DNA of 32,000 bases, taken from the NCBI RefSeq assembly GCF_002162375.1, contig NZ_CP021425.1:3014766-3046765 (forward strand), written 5' to 3'. The translations under genes were made by a program, and so were the position numbers. This stretch comes from Oleiphilus messinensis. GTDB taxonomy: Bacteria; Pseudomonadota; Gammaproteobacteria; Pseudomonadales; Oleiphilaceae. Below are positions 17,401-26,038 of this stretch, in pieces; position 1 is the stretch's first letter, and the number at the start of each line of letters is the position of its first letter. Below the pieces are notes generated by a model. The model saw only the letters and a list, made by a program, of their open reading frames with translations. It had not been told where the DNA came from and ran no database searches.

Positions 17401-20400
17401 TGACCATCCGTCGCACACGATATGATGTGCAACCAGAAGCAGAATACCTTGTTCGGATTTACTTTTTTCGTAGATCCAGTGGGCGCGTATTAATGGTGGC
17501 TTTTCAAGGTCGAATGGTGCTTGATAACACTCGACGACCGTATTTCTGAGCATTTCCTGACTGCTATGCGGGTCTTCGGACTGATCGTTCACTTCGCTTA
17601 GCGTAAACGGTATTGGCATGTCCGAGTGCTGAGGACGCTGCAATGGTTCTTCCGAATCTGAATCAACGAAGAAGCCGTTTTTCAGGACTGGGTGTTGGTT
17701 AATAATCAAAGACAGTGTTGATTCAAGTTTACGGGCTAACCCGTGTGCCTGACTATCAAAAGAAAACCGGGCTGCAAAGGACACATGGTAGGCGGAGCTT
17801 GCCGGCTGTAACTGATGGATAAACCACTGCGCTTGTTGATTGTAGGCTAGCGCGTATGGAGCATCCAAAGAAGCGGTGATCGTAGCCTCAAGTGCAGGGG
17901 AAGGGTGGCTCTCTATCTTAAGTAGATTTTCAATATCCAGTGCTAATTCTCTGATAGTTATGCCTTTTAAAAGCGAAACCATCGGAATGGATACATTATA
18001 AATATTTTGAATTTTGGCTCTGAGTTCTACTGCTAGCAACGAGTCGAGGCCCAAGTCGATTAATGAGACTGTTTCATTGATTGATTTTGAGTCTACATTA
18101 AGTAGTGGTTCTAATATATTGAATATTCGGTCTTTTATATTTTCTTCGGAACCATTTTTATCGAAGGTCTGGCTGCGTAACCTTTCGCCAAAATTGGTCG
18201 AACTCTCGGTTGCAATGACAACCTGCTCAAATGATGGCGCAGATTGAAGCTGAGCTTGGAAAAGGCTTGCTGATTCACCGACGACGGTCATTACCCGGCG
18301 GCTACTGTCTCCCTGGCTGCGTTGCCAAAGTAAGTGCGTGAGTCGAGCTGCACTTAGTGAATTGAGTCCGGTGTTGTTGATATGGGCAAGCATACCCCGA
18401 TCTGAGAACGCGCCCCATTGCACGGAAAGTGTGTTCTCCCGGGACTCGGCAAAACCGGATAGCCAGGCATTAGCCGCAGCGTACGCGGAGAGATGGGGTG
18501 AGGGTAAAAGCGCAGAAACAGAAGAAAACAAAAGCAGAAAATCAAAAGAATCTTCTGCTTTAAAATCAGCAAGCGCGCGAACCCCGTCTATTTTGGCAGC
18601 TAACTGTTCGTATAAGAATTGTTCTGATATCGCTTCTACATCACAAGGCGTTGCCACCCCTGCGGCATGGATGACACCCCTTATCGCAGGATGAGTCTTG
18701 TGCCACAATTCAAGCCATTGGCTGAATGCTGTGTAATTACCCACATCCACTGATTGAACCGTGATACTTACCCCGTTTTCTTCAAGGGTGAGGATGGTGT
18801 TGATTGCTTCTCGCTCTTTTTTCAGTTCAGGTGCTGCGGATTCAAGTAAGGCGGGCCAATCTCTGCGATCCGGTAATGGTGTCCGGCCCAGCAAAACGAT
18901 GCGCTTGGCACCTTGTTTGGCCAGCCAGTCAGCCCAGACTAATCCCAACCCGCCAAGACCCCCTGTGATCAAATACACTCCCGAGCCTTTGACGGGCAGG
19001 TTACCCTGAGTATTGTCTTTAAGATCAGGGATAATTTGCTCAATTGCAGGTGTCTTGAAAATGCCCGAATTGAACAAATATTGATTGAGTGCGGTTACCG
19101 ATGGGCTCTCGCTTTCTCGGTATGCTATCAAATCAAAAATACTGGAGAGTGATGAGGCATCAAAATACTCTTTTACTAGCACAATTCCGCCCCAGATGTC
19201 TGGATGCTCTGCGCTAAAAGCACGGGTAAACGCGAGAAGCGCCCGGTCCATTGTGGTTGCATCGGATTTGATAATCAGCCAGATTTTTCGCGTATTGGTT
19301 CCGGATTTATATTGATTGATACGAGTAAGCAATAGGCTCAAAGCGTTTAACGTGGGTGCCAGACCCGTTGCCGATTCCTCAACCGCTGAGAAATCCAATG
19401 GCACAAGGAGCTGACTAAAACCTATTTCTTGATCCGCTGTGTCTGGGTTGATACAGCGGACTTGATCTGGTGCTGTTTCGGTATTGAGTGCACCAAGTGC
19501 CAATGGAGTTAACGGTAGGTCGTCGGGAATTGGGAAGATTGCGATCTTGAGAGGCTCATTGAGCGGATCGGTTTGGTCAATGTTGTTCGGAGGGTGAAAA
19601 TCTTGCCAGGTCTCAATAAATGTAGAAAGACTCGATTCGTTGTCCGGCTTCGAGTGACCATTCAAGTGTTCCAGAGGCGCGTTCGCAGCCTGTTCAACAC
19701 CGATAAATTGAATGGTGAGTCCCTCAAGTTGCGCTATTAGCCCATCCTGATCATCGTAAACCTCAAGGGTTCCTTTCAGTATCGTACCTGACACTGTTTG
19801 GTCTGTGCCGTCTATCGGACGCTCAAGTCTACTATGAACCCAGAAATGGCCACCCGAGGGTCGTTTCCACAACGTTAATTTTTCAAGGGAATGACCCACA
19901 AATGCCCCGGCTCCAGTTGGAGCAAGCGGTGCCAGGCATTGAGCACAAGCATCCAGAAGCCCCGGATGAAACAGGAAGGCATCAGGGGCTTTTTCTTTAG
20001 GCGAAAACTTGATTTTTCCCCAGCAGTCTTGTTTGTTAACCCAGAGTTGTTCGATACTCTGGAAATCACCGGTCCATTGATTACCCCGGTATGCCCACTG
20101 CTCATAGAACTGTTTTCCGGTGATGGTTTGTGGGTATCGGTTCAGGTCTAGTGAGCTTGGAATCCCTGAATGTTTTTTGATGACCGTTGGAGCGGAATGC
20201 CGTTGAATCGACATTTGGGCGTGCTCCAGCCAACGGTTATCGTTAATTGGGTCTCCGGGATTGGGTGTTTGCCGGTGACTGAATATACTCAAAGTATAAT
20301 CTTGATCACCTGATGCATTGGGTGGCGCACTCGATTGGACATGAGTTTGCAACGTTACCGACTCAGAATCGAGAAGAATAGGGCGTTTAAACTGTGCATT

Positions 20401-23400
20401 TAAACAGATCAAGATGTCATTGCTGGTCTCGAAGTTGTCATACTTTAATTTCGTTGCCGCAATCAGCGCCATCTCAATAAATGCGGCACCGGGGAAAATG
20501 CATTGCCCATGAATTTTGTGGCCTTGCAGGTATCGATGGTGTTCCGGGTTGAGTGCGTTGCTGTAGACCATAAAAGCGGAATGCTGACCTGAACCAGCAA
20601 TGGTCTGCATAGCTCCCAATAATATTGACTGCCCGACTTGGGCTTGAGAGCGGACCGGATTTGATGTCTGCAACGCTCCCGGTTGAGAATCTGGCCAATA
20701 GCGTTTGCGTTGCCAGGGGTATGTGGGTAGGGAGTAGCGATGATCAAGCGGGTTGCCTGGAAAACACTGCCAATTAACCTGGAATCCTTGTTCCCACAAT
20801 TGGGCGACGTTCGTTAGAAACGAGGTCAATTCCGCTCGAGGTATTCTTGAATGTTGGTTGTCTGCATCGGTCACAGCTGGTGCTTTTATGCCCGAAAATA
20901 AAATGACCCGCTGGCATTCTCCTTTATTTGACGTTGTATCTGAATTTAACTGTGTATCTAAATTTAACCTTGTATCTGACCAATTTTTCGCGCATTTTTT
21001 TGCCAGCTGAGTCAGAGTATTCCCGGGGCCGATTTCCATGAAGACTGGAGTTGTATTTGTATTACGGCTGTCTATTTTTCCGGGTTCAAGGCTGTTTTCT
21101 TTTTTAGGTTCAAGACTGTCTTCTTTTTTAGGTTCAAGGCTGCTCAATACAAACTCAATTGATTTTCGGAATTCAACCGTACCGAGGGTGTGTTGCTTCC
21201 AATATTCGATACTGATCAATTTCTCAGTATCGTTGAAGGCGTTGGCAGTTACATTGGAAACTAAAGTCGGGTATTTTATTGTTGACGATTGATCTCTGGG
21301 GGCGTCACCAGTCTTAAGTTCGGACAGTTTGAGCGCAAAGGGTTCAACGACTGGCTGCATTGCCGGATTATGGAAGGCATGGGATACCGCAAGAGCGCGA
21401 TTAGGAATACCTGCATCATTGAGTATACGGTGTAATTTATCCATCACCGTTTGTGAACCGCTGTAGACCAGAGCATTAGGGGCATTGTCAGCGGCGAGTG
21501 AAATTGTCTTTAATTCTTCTGAATCAGGGTGTTGATCAATGAGCTGTGCGATCTGATTTCGGTCGGATAAAACCGCCAGCATTTCGCCGGCAGGCTGGGC
21601 CTGCATCAGGCGTCCTCTTTCAAGCACCAATTGCATGCCTTGTTCAAGTGTGAAGAAACCGGCGATACAGGCGGCACTGAATTCTCCAAGACTATGCCCT
21701 AAAACGAGTTGTGGCTGAATACCGAGCGATTGCCATAGTTTGGCCAATGCAACTTCACAAGCGTAGAGTGCTGGCTGGGTAAATTTTGTTTGGCTCAGAT
21801 CCGTCTCGATACTGAAAAGCGTGTCAACGAAGGGTGCCCCGTTGAGAGCGTAAAGATCAGGATGGGCATCGGCAATTTTGGCGCATTGGTCAATGGTGTC
21901 TTTAAAGACCGGATAGGCATGGTACAGCGATCGCATCATCCCTGAATATTGTGCACCTTGACCACTGAACAACCAAACGACAGGGCGCTGATTCATCTGG
22001 GGGGCAATCATCGAAACCTGAGCCTGATTCTCCTCCCGTACTTGCCGTTGATCGCGTAGTGCTTGTAGTTGACTCAAAGCGTTCTGAAAACTGTGACTGA
22101 CGATTGTGCAGCGGCAGGAAAATCCGGCACGTGAAGTATTGTTCGTGAAACAGTAGTCAGCCCATCTTTGATTGGTGAGCGCTAAAGATGGGGTTCGGTT
22201 AATTAGCTGAGCAATGATGCTTGCATGACCGCTTATCAGGTCTGACAGGGCGCTTTCAGATTTTGCACTGATCGCCAGAATCGTTGACCTTTCCTGTTGC
22301 GATACTTGATTCGGTGTTGGTGTTGTTACTGTGGTCTTGGCATATTCTGAGTATTTGCTGTTAATCCGGGGATTTTGCAGGATGACGTGGGCATTGGTTC
22401 CGCTGAATCCGAAGGAGCTTACCCCGGCATATCGAGGCGAATGCCATTTTTTTGATTGATCCGCGATGGTGAATCGTGAATCGTGCAGATTTATCCCGGG
22501 GTTTAACTGTCTAAAATGTAGATTGGCCGGTATGTATTCATGTTGCATGCACAACACAGTTTTAATCAACCCCGCAATACCCGCAGCGGCCTCAAGATGA
22601 CCTATTGCACTTTTGACCGAACCGAATACGCACCCCTGATGCTCGGATCGACCAGCTTTCAATGTGTTCACGAGTGAGTTGATTTCAACGGGGTCCCCCA
22701 AAGGTGTACCGGTTCCATGGGTTTCGACATACTGAATTTCAGCGGGTGAAATACCGGCCAGGGCTGTCGCCTGTTTGATCAACGCCTGTTGAGCAAGACC
22801 GTTCGGGGCAGTCAATCCACTGCTGTGTCCATCCTGATTCACGGATGAGCCTTTGATGATTGCATGGATTGTGTTTCCATCTGCCAATGCTGCTGTTAGT
22901 GGTTTGAGCAAGACCAGACCACAACCCTCACTCCTGACATAGCCATCAGCATTGGCGTCGAAGCTGTGGCATCGCCCTCTGGGTGATAACATGTTCCCCC
23001 AGGAAAGACTGATTGAACCGGCAGGGGAAAGCAGAAGATTGACCCCGCCAGCCAGGGCAAGCGTCGATTCACCTCGCCGTAGTGATTCACAGGCCTGATG
23101 AACCGCTACAAGTGACGAGGAGCAAGCTGTATCAATAGTAAGTGCCGGCCCTCGTAAATCCCATAGATAGGAAAGCCTCCCTGCAGCCACGCTGGGTGAG
23201 CTACCTGTGCTCGTGTGGGTTTTTAATTTCGATTCATCCTGAAACGCCAATCTTTGGAATTCAGTGTTACTCAGTCCGATAAACACACCCGTTGAAGTCC
23301 CGGCAAGATTTGAGGGAACGATTTTCGCGTTTTCGAATGTTTCCCACGCCACTTCCATCAACAGGCGTTGGTGTGGGTCGACTGTTTCTGCTTCGAGCAC

Positions 23401-25812
23401 AGATATGCCAAAAAACCGGGCATCGAATTTTTCAATATCCTTGAGGAAGCCTCCCCAACGAGAGTTGGTTTTGCCTGGGGTTTGGGGTTCTTCGGCATAA
23501 TAAGCGTTGATATCCCAGCGTTCCTGTGGAACTTCTGAAACACAATCAACGCCGTTTATCAGGTTCTCCCAAAGCACATCCGGCGAGTCTGATTCTGGAA
23601 ATCGGCAGCCAATCCCGATGATCGCGATATCATTTTCAGTAGCGGGCGGGATATGGGCTTTTTGTTGGATGAACTCATCATTGGGTGGGTAATGCTGACT
23701 TGTGCGGTCTGGCTTTCCCGGATCCAGAAGGTTTTGGATATGGTTAATAAAGGCATCAATCGAAGGCGCGTCGTAGGGCAGGGTCTGTGGTAAGGTAATG
23801 GAAAGGAGTGTTTCGAGTTTGGCAATTATTAAAACAATACGTTTTGAACTGAGTCCAAAATCGGCAAAGGTTGCGTTTTTGTCTATCTGATTCAGTATTT
23901 GGCCAGTTTCTGCTGAAATAAGCTGACGCACCTGTTCATAGAGCGTGGCTTTGAGCGCATCCGTTTCCGGGAGTCTTTGCCCCTGATCTGGTTCGCCCGG
24001 TGAAGTCATTTCCGGGGAACACCACAGGTAAACCGGTGCAATCTGTTGTGCCTCAAACGCCGTTTTATTGGCCTGTCTCTGGATTTTACCACTTGTGGTT
24101 TTACGTATGCTGTAAGGCGGCAACAGGACAATTGCATTTACGGCGACTTCATGTTGTTCGAATATTTCTGTGCGAATTTTACCAAGCAGTTGCGTAATTT
24201 TGCCTTTGTCGACAGTTTCAAGGTCAACGGTTTTATGGATCTCCTGCATCACTACTAATTTTTCTTCACCGTTACGGTTAACAGAAAAGGCAGCGGCGTT
24301 GTCGTTACTAAACAGATCTGAACTGCTGGTGACGGTTGTTTCTATATCTTGAGGATATAAGTTGACACCATCTATGATAATCAGATCTTTCAATCGACCC
24401 GTGAGGTATAATTCGCCATCCAGAATGAAACCTAGATCTCCTGTGCGCAGAAAAGGCTTTTCTGAATTCGTGCGATTAACCGTATCATTCGCATTGAGCG
24501 CATCAGACGTTTCACTTGATAGATACGCGTTGAATGTATCGCGAGTCGCTTGTTCGTTTCGCCAATAGCCTGATGCGACGGATGGGCCTTGTACCCACAC
24601 TTCACCTACGGTGAGTGATGCGCAGGGTTTGCATGTCGCAGGGTCGACAATTACGCTTTTTGTATCTGAATCAACCCGCCCACAGCCGATGATCGGCGTA
24701 GCGCGTTCGTCCGGAGTGGCGAACAATTCGATTCGACCCTGTGCCAGCGCAGATTTGCTAACGTACAGGATGTGTGGCTCATCAGCTCCCCGAGTGATAG
24801 ACACTTTGACCGTCGCTTCAGCTAAACCATAGCTGGGGGAAAATGTAGTGCTTTGGAACCCCGCTGAAGCAAACTTGTTGCTGAAGGCACGGAGCGTGTC
24901 TACTCGGACAGGCTCTGCAGCATTACATGCCATTCGCCACTGTTTGAGATCGAGGTGCTGTATGTTGTCATCACTGACGGCATCAACACAGAGTTGGTAA
25001 GCAAAATTGGGGGCTGCACTGTGGGTCGCTTCGTATTTGCTGATGGTTTCCAGCCAGTACACCGGGTTTCTCACAAAGGTTGCTGGTGCCATCAAATAAC
25101 AAGGTGTTCCGCCGTAGAGAGGCACGAGTATGCCATAGATCAAACCGAGATCATGAAAATGAGGCAGCCAACTCACCATAATTGATTGATCATCATGTTC
25201 AAAACAGCGGTATAACTCATCCAGATTTAGAATCAGATTGTTATGACTGACCATCACCCCTTTCGGTTTGGAGGTTGAACCTGATGTGTACTGCAAAAAT
25301 GCCAGATCAGATGATTTAGTTGAGGGTTTGTAGTCTGAGTGCGCTCGTTCGGAAACCGAGACCGGTAACCAGCATGTTTTCAGGCCAGCTTCTGTGAAAG
25401 ACAAATCATCCGCGTGATGGTCAACAATCTCAGGATTTGCAAGAATAAGGTGACTTTGCGCATCATCTACCACGACAGCCAGTCTCTCGGCGGTATGGCT
25501 TCGTTTCGAGTGATGGTTCTTTTTGGGGGGATGCATGGGTACCGCAACCATCCCCGCATATAGACACCCCATGTAGGCGATAATGAACTCAAGGCCCGGT
25601 TGAAACAACAACAGTACTCGATCTCCCGCGCGGCCTTGATCAAGCAGCTCTTCTGCGAGGGCCGCCGCGTTTTGCTGTAGTTGAAAATAGGAGAGTGAAG
25701 TGCCGTCAGGCAAGAACTGAAAGGCCAGCTTCTCAGGTGTTTCCCGTGCTCTTGTTTCCAGGCAGTCAACAATAGTTGTGTAAAACGGCAGCATTCCGGC
25801 TTGCTTATCCAT
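14470..25812 (-). CDS. Hybrid PKS/NRPS megasynthase, FAAL-ACP-KS-AT-DH-KR-ACP-C-A-PCP, 3780 aa
   Basis: FAAL is aa ~10-590 (YTSGSTSKPKG; WLPHFHDLGLIYG; FLRTGDLGF; GRLKDLIIIDGVNLYPQDIE). ACP1 is aa ~620-695 (DFGLSS, 651-656). KS is aa 727-1148 (DTACSSSL with Cys897; ETHGTGTPLGDP; KSAIGHLE). AT is aa 1277-1603 (GHSLGEF with Ser1374; SHAFHN, malonyl type). DH is aa ~1728-2040 (His1765-xxx-G-xxxx-Pro1774; HPGLLDACAQ). KR is aa ~2278-2475 (YLITGGLGGLG; Tyr2444-xxx-Asn2448). ACP2 has LGLDSL with Ser2591. C is aa ~2650-3105 (HHIVCDGWS, 2796-2804). A is aa ~3135-3660 (YTSGTTGKPKG, NVYGPTE, YRTGDIG, SGKLDNRLL). PCP has FFDLGGHSLL with Ser3705. My residue count of the translation reached exactly 3780, and Cys897 was checked back to nt 23122-23124. 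Confidence 0.93.
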   Translation of the reverse strand: MDKQAGMLPFYTTIVDCLETRARETPEKLAFQFLPDGTSLSYFQLQQNAAALAEELLDQGRAGDRVLLLFQPGLEFIIAYMGCLYAGMVAVPMHPPKKNHHSKRSHTAERLAVVVDDAQSHLILANPEIVDHHADDLSFTEAGLKTCWLPVSVSERAHSDYKPSTKSSDLAFLQYTSGSTSKPKGVMVSHNNLILNLDELYRCFEHDDQSIMVSWLPHFHDLGLIYGILVPLYGGTPCYLMAPATFVRNPVYWLETISKYEATHSAAPNFAYQLCVDAVSDDNIQHLDLKQWRMACNAAEPVRVDTLRAFSNKFASAGFQSTTFSPSYGLAEATVKVSITRGADEPHILYVSKSALAQGRIELFATPDERATPIIGCGRVDSDTKSVIVDPATCKPCASLTVGEVWVQGPSVASGYWRNEQATRDTFNAYLSSETSDALNANDTVNRTNSEKPFLRTGDLGFILDGELYLTGRLKDLIIIDGVNLYPQDIETTVTSSSDLFSNDNAAAFSVNRNGEEKLVVMQEIHKTVDLETVDKGKITQLLGKIRTEIFEQHEVAVNAIVLLPPYSIRKTTSGKIQRQANKTAFEAQQIAPVYLWCSPEMTSPGEPDQGQRLPETDALKATLYEQVRQLISAETGQILNQIDKNATFADFGLSSKRIVLIIAKLETLLSITLPQTLPYDAPSIDAFINHIQNLLDPGKPDRTSQHYPPNDEFIQQKAHIPPATENDIAIIGIGCRFPESDSPDVLWENLINGVDCVSEVPQERWDINAYYAEEPQTPGKTNSRWGGFLKDIEKFDARFFGISVLEAETVDPHQRLLMEVAWETFENAKIVPSNLAGTSTGVFIGLSNTEFQRLAFQDESKLKTHTSTGSSPSVAAGRLSYLWDLRGPALTIDTACSSSLVAVHQACESLRRGESTLALAGGVNLLLSPAGSISLSWGNMLSPRGRCHSFDANADGYVRSEGCGLVLLKPLTAALADGNTIHAIIKGSSVNQDGHSSGLTAPNGLAQQALIKQATALAGISPAEIQYVETHGTGTPLGDPVEINSLVNTLKAGRSEHQGCVFGSVKSAIGHLEAAAGIAGLIKTVLCMQHEYIPANLHFRQLNPGINLHDSRFTIADQSKKWHSPRYAGVSSFGFSGTNAHVILQNPRINSKYSEYAKTTVTTPTPNQVSQQERSTILAISAKSESALSDLISGHASIIAQLINRTPSLALTNQRWADYCFTNNTSRAGFSCRCTIVSHSFQNALSQLQALRDQRQVREENQAQVSMIAPQMNQRPVVWLFSGQGAQYSGMMRSLYHAYPVFKDTIDQCAKIADAHPDLYALNGAPFVDTLFSIETDLSQTKFTQPALYACEVALAKLWQSLGIQPQLVLGHSLGEFSAACIAGFFTLEQGMQLVLERGRLMQAQPAGEMLAVLSDRNQIAQLIDQHPDSEELKTISLAADNAPNALVYSGSQTVMDKLHRILNDAGIPNRALAVSHAFHNPAMQPVVEPFALKLSELKTGDAPRDQSSTIKYPTLVSNVTANAFNDTEKLISIEYWKQHTLGTVEFRKSIEFVLSSLEPKKEDSLEPKKENSLEPGKIDSRNTNTTPVFMEIGPGNTLTQLAKKCAKNWSDTRLNLDTQLNSDTTSNKGECQRVILFSGIKAPAVTDADNQHSRIPRAELTSFLTNVAQLWEQGFQVNWQCFPGNPLDHRYSLPTYPWQRKRYWPDSQPGALQTSNPVRSQAQVGQSILLGAMQTIAGSGQHSAFMVYSNALNPEHHRYLQGHKIHGQCIFPGAAFIEMALIAATKLKYDNFETSNDILICLNAQFKRPILLDSESVTLQTHVQSSAPPNASGDQDYTLSIFSHRQTPNPGDPINDNRWLEHAQMSIQRHSAPTVIKKHSGIPSSLDLNRYPQTITGKQFYEQWAYRGNQWTGDFQSIEQLWVNKQDCWGKIKFSPKEKAPDAFLFHPGLLDACAQCLAPLAPTGAGAFVGHSLEKLTLWKRPSGGHFWVHSRLERPIDGTDQTVSGTILKGTLEVYDDQDGLIAQLEGLTIQFIGVEQAANAPLEHLNGHSKPDNESSLSTFIETWQDFHPPNNIDQTDPLNEPLKIAIFPIPDDLPLTPLALGALNTETAPDQVRCINPDTADQEIGFSQLLVPLDFSAVEESATGLAPTLNALSLLLTRINQYKSGTNTRKIWLIIKSDATTMDRALLAFTRAFSAEHPDIWGGIVLVKEYFDASSLSSIFDLIAYRESESPSVTALNQYLFNSGIFKTPAIEQIIPDLKDNTQGNLPVKGSGVYLITGGLGGLGLVWADWLAKQGAKRIVLLGRTPLPDRRDWPALLESAAPELKKEREAINTILTLEENGVSITVQSVDVGNYTAFSQWLELWHKTHPAIRGVIHAAGVATPCDVEAISEQFLYEQLAAKIDGVRALADFKAEDSFDFLLLFSSVSALLPSPHLSAYAAANAWLSGFAESRENTLSVQWGAFSDRGMLAHINNTGLNSLSAARLTHLLWQRSQGDSSRRVMTVVGESASLFQAQLQSAPSFEQVVIATESSTNFGERLRSQTFDKNGSEENIKDRIFNILEPLLNVDSKSINETVSLIDLGLDSLLAVELRAKIQNIYNVSIPMVSLLKGITIRELALDIENLLKIESHPSPALEATITASLDAPYALAYNQQAQWFIHQLQPASSAYHVSFAARFSFDSQAHGLARKLESTLSLIINQHPVLKNGFFVDSDSEEPLQRPQHSDMPIPFTLSEVNDQSEDPHSSQEMLRNTVVECYQAPFDLEKPPLIRAHWIYEKSKSEQGILLLVAHHIVCDGWSLWYLIEELKRHLGGSVDKEAKPEEELTAYPLFVEQQRQYIASQKGTDLAEYWANKGYGKLEPLNLPVMRSNRGAPSPDGKAFHTSLPDLLNKQLRAQAQRCGVTLFSLMLSAYHVLLHKVCRQEQVLVGTPIHGRFDSRFLGTVGNFVNLVPVESRFRAEATVREYVQAQHAVTLDNLDHGEYPLTLIIEQSGALRTDTQNTFIQTSFIMQKPPGDAELIKLFMESEEHAPELLWGDVKLSPYLLPQQMGQFPLAMEIADSETNLNLFLKYDNHLFSAFQISQLAFAYVEILNQFACQPDKPLSEVALHAPKSELDSFNPKNKVAVNQEPVSLVSRIIKQAERHPNRPAVSDGQTSLTYSELVRKAHIIASEIQTALENAPLQNQSHLQNRGHRIGICARRTTDMICGMLGILFSGNSYLPLDALQPVQRLKYQLNDSGARLLILDKQLDSYARINEHLDEFFSLDLNHQSNPLDHSLDGYVSTVDYEKIAPDAIAYVIYTSGTTGKPKGVPVQHSQVIHLVDALAKEIYSTLNGPQRVALIANTVFDASVQQIFSSLVYGHHLFVVPEMARQDMHQLAEFLAQHEITVTDCTPSLLQQLIAVKPNLSSVAALIVGGEQFPVELAQYVQSNNPQLQIFNVYGPTECCVDAALAAPGSADLEKLDRTRALPIGQPLGQTELFIVDPWYQPVGPGIQGEILIAGPGVSAGYLNRAELSERNFLNLPNLSDSKVYRTGDIGYRLANGDIQLIGREDSQVKVRGYRIELGEIESCLKHHDNVMDCAVIVRKSLQQIIAFVVLKNTSLPAPDFVKSQIIAELKSLATAVLTDYMQPNLIQVVDHIPLTSSGKLDNRLLESWSVDQTADAVQSLTPLESQIAKIWCSALGLQSIGRQDNFFDLGGHSLLLSKVQLGITRATGKDIAMVDLFANPTLGQMASLLKQENTSESVTPVNSVETNKRSRPNRLSDRRNRRRQTPTA
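14833..16410 (-). other. Adenylation domain, extracted specificity code DAQDIGVVDK (Gln-like)
   Basis: I aligned it by hand to GrsA-PheA positions 235/236/239/278/299/301/322/330/331/517. Source strings are FDASVQQ (D,A,Q), TDCTPS (D), ALIVGGE (I,G), NVYGPTECCVD (V,V,D) and SGK (K). The result differs at one position from the published Gln code DAQDLGVVDK. Confidence 0.6.
19693..20631 (-). other. Dehydratase (DH) domain, the only DH in the window
   Basis: HKIHGQCIFP matches HxxxGxxxxP, and the downstream HPGLLDACAQ matches the DxxxQ motif. The domain sits between AT and KR. Confidence 0.8.
20935..20980 (-). repeat. In-frame 18-bp tandem repeat (3 copies) encoding DT(R/Q/T)(L/S)N(L/S/K)
   Basis: TGTATCTGAATTTAAC starts at 20935, TGTATCTAAATTTAAC at 20953 and TGTATCTGAC at 20971, giving an 18-nt period. 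The protein reads DTRLNL DTQLNS DTTSNK at aa 1613-1630. Confidence 0.8.
21083..21144 (-). repeat. In-frame 24-bp tandem repeat (about 2.6 copies) encoding SLEPKKE(D/N)
   Basis: Plus-strand copies are GGTTCAAGGCTGTTTTCTTTTTTA (21083-21106), GGTTCAAGACTGTCTTCTTTTTTA (21107-21130) and a partial GGTTCAAGGCTGCT (21131-21144). The protein reads SLEPKKED SLEPKKEN SLEPGKID at aa 1558-1581. Confidence 0.85.
24043..25785 (-). other. Fatty acyl-AMP ligase (FAAL) loading domain of the 3780-aa megasynthase
   Basis: It has adenylate-forming motifs plus FAAL-type signatures (WLPxFHDxGLI; KDLIIIxGxNxYPQDIE). It lies at the extreme N-terminus and is followed directly by a carrier domain and a KS. Confidence 0.8.
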
Positions 25813-25849
25813 GGGAGTATCGTCTTTTTATTGTTTTATTGATTCAGGG

Positions 25850-26038
25850 TTATCGATTGGTTTCGTAGTCGGGGCTTTTTATACGATCTTTTTCTGTTTG
25901 CACCAAAACAGCCACGATGCCCACTAACGGTGATAAAAGGAGTGCGATAAAAAAGTTTCCGAACAAACCAAAGCGCTTGTAGCGTCCGGCATACGCGACT
26001 AAAAGACAAAAGAGTAGATATACGATTAGATATAGCAT
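25850..26038 (-). CDS. Small hydrophobic membrane protein (62 aa, two predicted TM helices), unknown function
   Basis: The ORF track gives 25850-26080 (76 aa). I prefer the internal ATG at 26038 because AAGAGGAAAGGA lies 4 nt upstream of it and the product then begins directly with TM1. The sequence is MLYLIVYLLFCLLVAYAGRYKRFGLFGNFFIALLLSPLVGIVAVLV, followed by a polar tail. The stop is only 37 nt from the megasynthase start, on the same strand. Confidence 0.55.
   Translation of the reverse strand: MLYLIVYLLFCLLVAYAGRYKRFGLFGNFFIALLLSPLVGIVAVLVQTEKDRIKSPDYETNR

Noticed and set aside
59-25772. About 70 short ORFs in the track (60-158 aa, either strand) that lie inside the four megasynthase genes, for example 3030-3455, 4705-5154, 13260-13736, 18338-18694 and 8422-8688
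   Set aside because: All of them lie within, and mostly antisense to, very long ORFs that have continuous recognisable PKS/NRPS domain motifs. Their translations are low-complexity or Cys/Arg/Ser-rich with no motif I recognise. They are typical shadow ORFs.
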